Source: Chloroherpetonaceae bacterium (lineage in GTDB: Bacteria; Bacteroidota; Chlorobiia; Chlorobiales; Thermochlorobacteraceae). Taken from it: 64,000 nt of DNA. The notes below the pieces were generated by a model. It had not been told where the DNA came from. It searched no databases and saw only the letters and a program-made list of their open reading frames with translations. Numbering within the stretch: position 1 is the stretch's first letter; the number at the start of each line of letters is the position of its first letter. The stretch covers positions 876-64,875 of the forward strand of contig JBDNCJ010000005.1 of assembly GCA_046719715.1 (NCBI GenBank), written 5' to 3'. Position numbers and translations under genes: made by a program. Positions 54,736 to 62,494 of the stretch are shown here, in pieces.

Positions 54736-55073
54736 AGTTTAGTCGGGGCGATATTGTTGTTGCAGATTTTCCGTTCACGGCGATGACCGATTTCAAGAAA
54801 CGTCCGTGCGTTGTGCTTGCTCAAAGCGATACGCCCGATGATTACATCGTTGCGTTTATATCGTCATCATCGGACGCACGATCTTTGCCGTCGGCGGTGT
54901 CGGTATTACCCACGCACAAAGAATGGGACAAGACAGGCTTGCGCGCGGCGTGCGTGATACGACCGGATAAATTGATGACGCTGCACACATCGCTAATCGC
55001 CGGAAAAATCGGGAATTTGCCCGAAGACCGCATCGCCGAATTGAAAGAAAAACTTGCAGGCTTATTGCTGTGA
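54732..55073 (+). CDS. MazF/PemK-family type II toxin (endoribonuclease)
   Basis: FSRGDIVVADFPF....FKKRPCVVL......DYIVAFISSS............GL...CVIRPDKLMTL......GKIG.L is the PemK/MazF SH3-like fold signature. Confidence 0.85.
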   Translation: MKFSRGDIVVADFPFTAMTDFKKRPCVVLAQSDTPDDYIVAFISSSSDARSLPSAVSVLPTHKEWDKTGLRAACVIRPDKLMTLHTSLIAGKIGNLPEDRIAELKEKLAGLLL

Positions 55074-55085
55074 CTGCGCCGCTTT

Positions 55086-55573
55086 TCACATCGACGCAAC
55101 GAAAGCGCGAATGAGATTTATTGAATCATACACGTCGCGCAGTTCCAGAAACGCCCACTTGCAGAAGTTGCCCGCATTATTGACGGCGGGAATCCACAGG
55201 GTTTTGGCGGTTTCAACTTTTGCCTCTTTCGCCGCATCTTTTTTGCCGGTTACTTCCAGAATCACGTTCAGCACATCGCCCGATTGGGTTTTTATTTTTG
55301 CGCTTTTCGGCGGTAGCAGTGATGCGCTTCGTCGTTAATGACGATGATATTTTTCTGGCCTTTCAAACTTTTTCAGTCGAGCGTCCATTCCGTTTCAAAG
55401 GTGAGTTGATGTTTGTTGCGCGATTTGGCGCGCGCGATGGGCACAAAGTAGATGCTTTCGCGTCGCGATTCGATAATCTCATTTGAAATCCCCTCATGCT
55501 CGAACTTGAAGTGACGCGCGGGTTCGGCGAAGGGCGAATTGATAATCGGATTTTCGATAATTGCGTCGGGCAT
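55086..55573 (-). pseudogene. type III-like restriction enzyme / DEAH helicase (res) remnant
   Basis: The N-terminal 66 codons are MPDAIIENPIINSPFAEPARHFKF... An in-frame TGA follows (55373..55375). Next come 26 codons containing KNIIVINDEAHHCYR (DEAH box), then a TAA stop. After a frame change, the C-terminal segment reads ...GDVLNVILEVTGKKD...WIPAVNNAGNFCKWAFLEL... A full-length protein would be several hundred residues longer. Confidence 0.65.
55101..55130. repeat. 30-bp imperfect direct repeat, right copy
   Basis: gaaagcgcgaatgagatttattgaatcata lies inside the 3' end of the res remnant. Confidence 0.7.
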
Positions 55574-55720
55574 AGAAAGAAAAGATATGAATTAGAATAA
55601 GTGAAGATAGTCAGTTGAGAAAATGAAACAACAAGTGAGAGAGCCACAGAACGAATTAAGTCGTAAATTATCCTCGCATCTCCCCGCAAACAGAAGCCAA
55701 AGCAAAACATCATAAACATC

Positions 55721-56011
55721 ATGTCAAGCGACCATTTTCTTGAACAAATTACCATCGCCGAAGTCTTACTCGAAAAATATGAAAGTCTTTCCGCGAAAGT
55801 GCGCGATGAGACAGCAACCGAAGCCGATAAGCACAATCTTGAATTTGCTCGTGAAGTAATTGCGCTCGCTAAAAATCGAGTCTCAATTCTGCGTAACGAG
55901 CAAGCACGAGAAAAGGGAGAAGAGGTGTGGGTCGAGCGCACGTCAGAGTCTCACAATCCGCACATACGCTTGCACGGCGGGGTGCGTGAAGACGACGTCC
56001 CAAAATCATAA
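55721..56011 (+). CDS. hypothetical coiled-coil protein
   Basis: 96-aa ORF with an ATG start and a charged helical composition. It lies 88 nt upstream of the ECF sigma gene on the same strand. No family was recognised. Confidence 0.35.
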   Translation: MSSDHFLEQITIAEVLLEKYESLSAKVRDETATEADKHNLEFAREVIALAKNRVSILRNEQAREKGEEVWVERTSESHNPHIRLHGGVREDDVPKS

Positions 56012-56098
56012 ATCCAATTAAACCTCTGGACGCATGTAAGCGTCTAACAAACTGTAAGGCAATGCCTCATCGTTAATTCGAGACGCGTAAAGGCGGAA

Positions 56099-56686
56099 AT
56101 GAATCCAAAAAAAACCGATGACGAACTTATTGCGGAATTCAAGAGCGGCACAGCGGCACAAAAAGAAAAAGCCTTTGCCGAACTCTTACGCCGACACCGC
56201 GAGCCGATTTATTGGGTCTGCCGACGACTGCTCAACACCCATGAGGACGCCGACGATGTAACCCAAACCGTGTTCCTGAAAATTTTTCGGGCATTGCCAA
56301 ATTTTCAAGAAGAAGCGCAGTTTTCAACTTGGGCATACAGAATTGCAACCAACGAAAGTTTGAACTTCTTGCGTGCCAAAGCCGTCCGACATGCCGAGTC
56401 GCTTGATGCCTTGTCATCAGAAGCAAACACCGACATCAAAGCCGACAGCAGATTGCCCGACGAAGAACTCATGCGCGCCGAAGAGCGAAACGCCATCGAT
56501 GCGGCAATCGCCTCGCTTCCTGAAAAACAGCGTGCAGTCTTTGTGATGCGCTATTACGATGAACTGTCATATGAAGAAATTGCCAAAGCCCTTGGCGGCA
56601 CCGTCGGCGGCTTGAAAGCCAATTACTTTCACGCCTTCAAAAAAATAAGTGAGTATTTGAAACGAGCCTTGAAAAACGAACCATGA
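56099..56686 (+). CDS. ECF-type RNA polymerase sigma-70 factor
   Basis: Region 2 (DADDVTQTVFLKIFRAL, FSTWAYRIATN) and region 4 (LPEKQRAVFVMRYYDELSYEEIAKAL). Confidence 0.88.
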   Translation: MNPKKTDDELIAEFKSGTAAQKEKAFAELLRRHREPIYWVCRRLLNTHEDADDVTQTVFLKIFRALPNFQEEAQFSTWAYRIATNESLNFLRAKAVRHAESLDALSSEANTDIKADSRLPDEELMRAEERNAIDAAIASLPEKQRAVFVMRYYDELSYEEIAKALGGTVGGLKANYFHAFKKISEYLKRALKNEP

Positions 56687-57306
56687 CCTACGACGACTAC
56701 CGATACGAACTGCCCGATTTCATTTTGGGGAAGTCATCGCCCGATGTGGCGCACGCGATTGAGCGGCTGATTGAAACCGATAGCGCATTTCGCGCCGAGT
56801 ATCTTGAAATGAAAGCGCTCATAGAAGTGGCGACGCCGAGTTTGAACCGTGCCTTTGAGCACGCGCCCGATGCACCGACGCCTGCATACTTCGAAGCACT
56901 TTCCAAAAAAGTGCTTGCACGCGCCGTTCCGAAAAAAGCAACATGGTGGCAGACCTTCAAAACCGATATGGCGTCGCTCTTTGAAGCACCGCGTTGGCAG
57001 TGGGCGGGCGGATTAGTCGGCGCAACCCTTGCGCTCGTGCTTATCGTTTTCGCCTCTGAATTGGACGACGACGCGCGCCGAAAAATTCTCGCAAAAGGCG
57101 GCAAACCAAGCGAAAAACAGCCGGCGTTGCTCATTGCCACCAGCAATTTCGCGCTGGGAATAACGCCCGAACTCGTCGTTGCACAAATCGAGGCGCATGA
57201 AGCTGAAGAGGTATTGAACATCTTGGAAAACAAACTTCCAACAAGAAAACAAACTTACAAGGTGCTGACGGAAGAGGAAGCGGAATCGCTCTTCAAACCG
57301 ATGTAG
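56683..57306 (+). CDS. putative anti-sigma factor (single-pass membrane)
   Basis: Its start overlaps the sigma gene stop (ATGA). It has a central TM segment (WAGGLVGATLALVLIVFA). No zf-HC2 cysteines or histidines are obvious. Confidence 0.5.
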   Translation: MTYDDYRYELPDFILGKSSPDVAHAIERLIETDSAFRAEYLEMKALIEVATPSLNRAFEHAPDAPTPAYFEALSKKVLARAVPKKATWWQTFKTDMASLFEAPRWQWAGGLVGATLALVLIVFASELDDDARRKILAKGGKPSEKQPALLIATSNFALGITPELVVAQIEAHEAEEVLNILENKLPTRKQTYKVLTEEEAESLFKPM

Positions 57307-57331
57307 GCAAGTTCATCAGAGGAAACTAACC

Positions 57332-57871
57332 ATGAGACAAGTGAAAATTCTTCTTATCGCCATGCTCCTATTAGGAGCGGAATCGCTCTCGGCGCAAAAT
57401 CGCCCGACCGAGCGCGGCGCAGACCTTCAAACCCGACGCCAACAGCGTGCAGAACAGCTTGGACAACGCATGCCACGCGAGCAACTCCAGAAGCGCATTA
57501 AGCAACTTCAAATGTGGAAACTCACCGAGCGACTGAACCTTTCCGAAGAGCAATCCATGAAATTCTTTCCGCGATACAATCGCTATCAAGATGAATTAAC
57601 CGACGCCGTGCAAAATCTTCAAATGCGGCTCTCGCGCTTGCAAGAGTTACATCAATCCAATGCAAAAGAAAGCGACCTTGATGGAGAAATCAGAGCTGTC
57701 ATTACAGAACGGAAAAACGTGAGCGATGTTTTACCCAAATATCTCGATGAATTTCGTCAAGTGCTGACCGCACGCCAAACGGCGGATTTGATTCTCTTTG
57801 AGCGCGATTTTCTGCGCGACATTACCGACGCCATCGAGCGCGCCCGAGAACGCGAGCGCAATCAACCCTGA
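57332..57871 (+). CDS. periplasmic Spy/CpxP-like (LTxxQ-type) protein
   Basis: A signal peptide followed by helical repeats with LNLSEEQ / LTARQ motifs resembling the LTXXQ family. Confidence 0.5.
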   Translation: MRQVKILLIAMLLLGAESLSAQNRPTERGADLQTRRQQRAEQLGQRMPREQLQKRIKQLQMWKLTERLNLSEEQSMKFFPRYNRYQDELTDAVQNLQMRLSRLQELHQSNAKESDLDGEIRAVITERKNVSDVLPKYLDEFRQVLTARQTADLILFERDFLRDITDAIERARERERNQP

Positions 57872-57960
57872 TGCTCAACCTTAACGCCCCAAAAACCGTC
57901 CGTTGCGAGAAGCCTGAGAACGTGCTACATTAACCTTCAAGTCAATCGTAGAAGTTATAC

Positions 57961-59397
57961 ATGCAAACTCTGCCGTTTCGTCGGTTCAAGTTCCTAAAAA
58001 AATCAATTCTCGCCGTCCTGCTTTGCTTGTCGTCATGCAAAGAGGAAGTAAGCAAAGTGCCTGAACCGGTCGGCGAGTTCGAGCAAAATGTTCAGCCGAT
58101 TTTCAATCGCCACTGTGTTGAATGTCATTCATCACGAAATGCCGTGCGTCGTCTCTCCCTCGAATCTTGGGAAAGTCTCTTGATGGGTTCGGAAAACGGC
58201 GCGATGGTGATTCCTTTTCACCCAAAATTCAGTCATTTATTTCAGCATCTTCACACCGATACCACGCTTTCGCCGGTTGCGCCGCCGCTCATGCCGATAG
58301 GCAGAAATCCGCTGTCGCGTGAAGATGTGATGGCGATTTACAACTGGATTCAAAACGGCGCGCGAAATCGTAACGGCAAAGTTCCATTTGAAGAGAGTTA
58401 CGCGAAAATCTACGTCACGAACCAAGCGGCGGATTTAGTCGCCGTCATTGACAAGCGCACGGGGCTATTGATGCGCTATGTCGATGTATCCGCACCGGGC
58501 GGCATTTCACAAAACCCGTTGCAATCGCCGCATTACGTAACCGTTTCCAACAACAAAAAGTATTGGTATGTCTCGCTGATTGCAAAGGGAGAAGTATGGA
58601 AGTTTGACGCTGAAACTGACACGCTCGTGGCGAAAGTAAGCGTTGGAAGTTCGCCCGCACATATTGTTTGCTCGCCTGACGATTCAACGCTGTATGTGTC
58701 TAATTTCAGCGCATCGGCTAATCGCATCACGATAATTGACGCAACGACGATGACCGTCAAACGCACTTCACCGCCAATCAACACCGCGCCGCATGGACTT
58801 GCACTCTCGCGCAACGGACGATGGCTCTACGCAACCGCATATGAGAGCGACCGCATTGTCGAGTTGGATTTAGAAACGTTCTCAACGCGCCAATTTCCCT
58901 TGCGCCGCATAGGTGAACCAAGCACGCGCAACTACCGCCCCTATCAAGTGATGCTTTCGCCTGACGAGAAAAAACTCTTCGTTACATGCAACGGCGACGC
59001 CGCCTTCGATGGCGACTTGCGAATTATCGATTTGGAAACACTCGATGTGAAATCCGTGCCCGTCGGCAAATATCCCATTCTGATGGATTACACGCCCGAT
59101 AAATCGAGGCTCTATATTGCCAATCGAAACAGCAATTCGGTCTCGGTGGTCAATGTTCAAAGTGAAACGGTAGCGGCGACGATTGAAAACGTCGGCGTTC
59201 AGCCGCACGGACTTGCCGTGTCAAGCGACGGCTTCGTTTATGTTTCAAACGAATCTTTGATTGGCTTTGTCGGACATCACCCAACTGACGGCGGCTTGCG
59301 AGCGGGCACGTCGTCCATCATTGATTCAAGAACTAATCAAGTCGTTAAGGTGGTCGAGATGCTCTCCTTCCCTGCGGGCGTTGCGATTCGCGAGTAG
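57961..59397 (+). CDS. lipoprotein with N-terminal cytochrome c-like (CxxCH) domain and YVTN beta-propeller repeats
   Basis: A lipobox (LCLSSC), the heme motif NRHCVECHS with PSCyt1-like context (LMGSENGAMVIPF...WIQNGA), then repeated YVSN/YVTN/YIANR blades. Confidence 0.65.
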   Translation: MQTLPFRRFKFLKKSILAVLLCLSSCKEEVSKVPEPVGEFEQNVQPIFNRHCVECHSSRNAVRRLSLESWESLLMGSENGAMVIPFHPKFSHLFQHLHTDTTLSPVAPPLMPIGRNPLSREDVMAIYNWIQNGARNRNGKVPFEESYAKIYVTNQAADLVAVIDKRTGLLMRYVDVSAPGGISQNPLQSPHYVTVSNNKKYWYVSLIAKGEVWKFDAETDTLVAKVSVGSSPAHIVCSPDDSTLYVSNFSASANRITIIDATTMTVKRTSPPINTAPHGLALSRNGRWLYATAYESDRIVELDLETFSTRQFPLRRIGEPSTRNYRPYQVMLSPDEKKLFVTCNGDAAFDGDLRIIDLETLDVKSVPVGKYPILMDYTPDKSRLYIANRNSNSVSVVNVQSETVAATIENVGVQPHGLAVSSDGFVYVSNESLIGFVGHHPTDGGLRAGTSSIIDSRTNQVVKVVEMLSFPAGVAIRE

Positions 59398-59403
59398 TTT
59401 GTC

Positions 59404-60099
59404 TTATTCTGCATTGCAGAGTTTATCAATCGCGGGCTTTTGAGCGAAGAGCACTAATACGTCGCCGGCTTTAATGGTCATATCCGGCGTTGGGATTCCT
59501 AAAATTTTTTCGACGGTTTTTGAACGTAAGCCGAAGGTGCGTGTCTCTCGCTCGGTGCGTTTAATGGTGATGAGATTGACCCCAAAGCGTTCGCGAAGTT
59601 CCAACTCGCCGACGGTTTTTCCCACGAAGGGTTCGGGAACATTGACTTCCACAATCGAGTAATCTGAAGAGAGTTCAAGAGAGTCAATTACGCCGCGATA
59701 GAGCAAACTATCCGCCAAGCGTTCCGCCGCTTCTACGGCGGGAGAGATGACTTCCTCAATGCCCAAGTGGTGAAGAATCCGCTCGTGCGTGGTGGTGGTG
59801 GCGCGTGCGATGATGCGCTTGACGCCGAGATTTTGGAGTGCGGCAACGGTGAGCAACGCCGCTTCAAAATCGTCTCCGATTCCGACAATGACGACGTCGA
59901 AGTCTGCAATCCCTTGTGCTTTCAGGGCTTCTTCTTCGGTCGAGTCCAAGCGAACGGTGTAGGTAACTTTGTCCTTGACGTCGTCTAAATTGTTGATGTC
60001 GCTGTCGATTGCCATCACCTCTGCGCCTTGACGCGCCAAAGTTGTGCAGAGATGTGCGCCGAAGTTGCCGACGCCGATAACGGCTATTTTCTTGGTCAT
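59404..60099 (-). CDS. trkA: Trk/Ktr potassium transport NAD-binding subunit
   Basis: KIAVIGVGNFG (Rossmann fold, RCK_N) and a C-terminal RCK_C (GKTVGELELRERFGVNLITIKR). Confidence 0.85.
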   Translation of the reverse strand: MTKKIAVIGVGNFGAHLCTTLARQGAEVMAIDSDINNLDDVKDKVTYTVRLDSTEEEALKAQGIADFDVVIVGIGDDFEAALLTVAALQNLGVKRIIARATTTTHERILHHLGIEEVISPAVEAAERLADSLLYRGVIDSLELSSDYSIVEVNVPEPFVGKTVGELELRERFGVNLITIKRTERETRTFGLRSKTVEKILGIPTPDMTIKAGDVLVLFAQKPAIDKLCNAE

Positions 60100-60320
60100 T
60101 GAGAATGAATTAAGTTCAATCGCGGAGTAAAAGAAAAGTAAGACAACATTTGGAAATACGAAACTCGACCTCTATTTTTGCAATCCTTTTTGTGATTCCG
60201 CAACAACTGAACAATCGGCAAATGCGTTGCGGTGATTTTAGTCTGACAAGCCACAGGAAAACTGTCTTGATGGTGTAGAAGATTAAAGTCAGCCAAAATC
60301 AAATTCATGTTTGAAATAAA

Positions 60321-60698
60321 ATGGAGAACAAACTTTACGAAACGACGGTCGTGATTGACGGCAATTTAGATGACGAAGCCGTGCAAGCCGTGATTGAAAA
60401 GGTCAAGTCTATTTTAACCTCTCTCGGAAGCGACATCAAGAACGTGCTTGAACCCGGTCGCAAGAAACTCGCCTACAAAATCGGCAAATCAACCATCGGA
60501 TATTACGCTCACATCGAATTTACGGCACCCGCTACGGCGATTGCGGAATTGGAGCGGCAATACCGCCTCAATGAACAAGTCATTCGCTATCTTACCATTG
60601 TGCTGGATAAGCCATTGCTTGAGATTCGTGAGCGCGTTGCCAAGTATGGCACGGCGCAACCATTATCCGCCCCGCAATCCGAAGTCGAAAAAGCTTAA
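60321..60698 (+). CDS. rpsF: 30S ribosomal protein S6
   Basis: [14 protein letters not shown]...[10 protein letters not shown]...GYYAHIEF. Confidence 0.93.
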   Translation: MENKLYETTVVIDGNLDDEAVQAVIEKVKSILTSLGSDIKNVLEPGRKKLAYKIGKSTIGYYAHIEFTAPATAIAELERQYRLNEQVIRYLTIVLDKPLLEIRERVAKYGTAQPLSAPQSEVEKA

Positions 60699-60810
60699 TG
60701 CGCAACACGGCTATGCGTGGAAGTTTAAGACGCAATCCAAGTCAGACTTTCTGTTTTTTTTCTGATACCATAAGATAGCTTGAAAACCTTTTATCCTTGG
60801 AGGATATGAT

Positions 60811-61281
60811 ATGGCAGATTTAAAAATGCCAGAGATTAACAGCGTGGTCATTGCAGGCAACCTGACCAAAGACCCGATTTTCAGACAAACCACGACGGGA
60901 ACGCCAGTGGTGAACTTCACCATCGCGTGCAATCGCCGATTCCGCGACAGCAACAACGAGTGGCAGGAAGACGTCTGCTATGTCGGAATTGTGGCGTGGA
61001 ACAAGTTGGCGGAATCGTGCCGCGATAACCTGCATAAAAGCAGTGCCGTTTTGGTCGACGGCGAACTTCAAAGTCGCACATGGAAACTCCAAGATGGCTC
61101 AACGCGCACCGTCGTTGAAATTAAAGCGCGCCGAATCCAATTTCTCAACAAGCGCCGTCGAAACGACGACGATGTGAGTGTGGTTGAAGAAATCAACGAC
61201 GACGCCAACGTCAATAGCAAAGATTTGTATGAATACAAGTATTTAGCGACGGACGGAGAGGTTTCAAACAACGGACAATAA
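60811..61281 (+). CDS. ssb: single-stranded DNA-binding protein
   Basis: NSVVIAGNLTKDPIFRQT..GTPVVNFTIA.NRRF...W.....Y..IVAW is an OB fold. The tail is acidic. Confidence 0.93.
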   Translation: MADLKMPEINSVVIAGNLTKDPIFRQTTTGTPVVNFTIACNRRFRDSNNEWQEDVCYVGIVAWNKLAESCRDNLHKSSAVLVDGELQSRTWKLQDGSTRTVVEIKARRIQFLNKRRRNDDDVSVVEEINDDANVNSKDLYEYKYLATDGEVSNNGQ

Positions 61282-61365
61282 CCGTATCAATTTTTCAACA
61301 GCGTAACGCGGGCGGGAACGTTCCCGCCCTTGCTTATACCAATACTTTCAACCAGTTATCGAATA

Positions 61366-61644
61366 ATGGCAGAACAACGCAATCGAAACAATAATACGAA
61401 GGGAAAGCAATCCTCGCGTGCGCAACAAGCGAAAAAGCAACGCAAAGCCCCTCCGAAAAATCAAATCGCGTTTTTTGATTATCGCGACGACCGTAAATTG
61501 CGCCGATTCATCAATGAACAAGGAAAAATTATTCCTCGTCGCATCACCGGACTTTCCGCAAAAGAGCAAAACCTGCTTACGAAGTCTATCAAGTGGGCGC
61601 GGCACTTGGCAATCATTCCATTTGTTTCCGACGAAATTCGCTAA
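61366..61644 (+). CDS. rpsR: 30S ribosomal protein S18
   Basis: FDYRDDRKLRRFINEQGKIIPRRITGLSAKEQNLLTKSIKWARHLAIIPF. The ATG is at 61366; the track TTG is at 61330. Confidence 0.93.
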   Translation: MAEQRNRNNNTKGKQSSRAQQAKKQRKAPPKNQIAFFDYRDDRKLRRFINEQGKIIPRRITGLSAKEQNLLTKSIKWARHLAIIPFVSDEIR

Positions 61645-61693
61645 TCCAGAACTTGCTCATCAATAAGGGAACATCACAAAACGATTCAGCATT

Positions 61694-62146
61694 ATGAAAA
61701 TCATCTTGAAAAAAGAAGTCGACAAGCTCGGTGAAATCGGAGACTTGCTTATCGTCAAAGACGGATACGCCCGAAATTACTTGATTCCAAAAGGATTTGC
61801 GGTTCGTGCCACCGACGGAATGTTAAAAGCCATCGAAATCGAGAAAAAGCAAAAAGCCTTCAAAATCGAGCGCGAGCGCAAAGCCGCACGCGAATTGGCG
61901 GAATCGCTTGAACGGCTTCTGCTCAACGTCAAAGTGAAGGCGGGCGAAGAAGGTCGGCTTTACGGCACGGTAACCACGCAAATGGTTGTCGATGGCTTAA
62001 AGTCGAAAGGCTTCGAAGTCGATCGCAAGCAAATCACCATTGACCCACCGATTAAGCAAGTGGGAAAGCACGAAATTGCGGTAAAACTGTATTCCGACGT
62101 CGTTGCAAAATTGAATCTCGAAGTCGAAGCCGAGTCAGCTGACTAA
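61694..62146 (+). CDS. rplI: 50S ribosomal protein L9
   Basis: MKIILKKEVDKLGEIGDLLIVKDGYARNYLIPKGFAV. Confidence 0.93.
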   Translation: MKIILKKEVDKLGEIGDLLIVKDGYARNYLIPKGFAVRATDGMLKAIEIEKKQKAFKIERERKAARELAESLERLLLNVKVKAGEEGRLYGTVTTQMVVDGLKSKGFEVDRKQITIDPPIKQVGKHEIAVKLYSDVVAKLNLEVEAESAD

Positions 62147-62494
62147 CGAATGTTTCAGATTAAATGACTGTCAAGTTTGGGCGAAGATGCTTATCTTCAC
62201 CCGACATCTTCACCAATCATGGCTTTCCGATGTGAAAGCGCGGGGTTAGGCTCTCCTGATGATTGATGAACTAACCAAAAGTAGCCACCAAATCGAACAC
62301 GTTTTTTGGATTGAAATGATGAGAGGCGATTTGAAAGCAAAACTTTCCTTCAAAATAACGGCGGACTTCCGCCGCTAACTTGTTGCTTTTATTCGCAAGC
62401 GTATTGACGCAAGGTCGATAACTACATCATCTTCAACTAACGATTTGGAAACCGATTGCCGACACAGGCACGGTTTAGAAAGGAATGACGGAAT

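Noticed and set aside
55363-55941. 192-aa minus-strand ORF spanning the res N-terminal remnant and the intergenic region
   Set aside because: It is Ser/Arg/Leu-rich junk in a different frame from the recognisable res fragments, and it is antisense to the 55721..56011 ORF.
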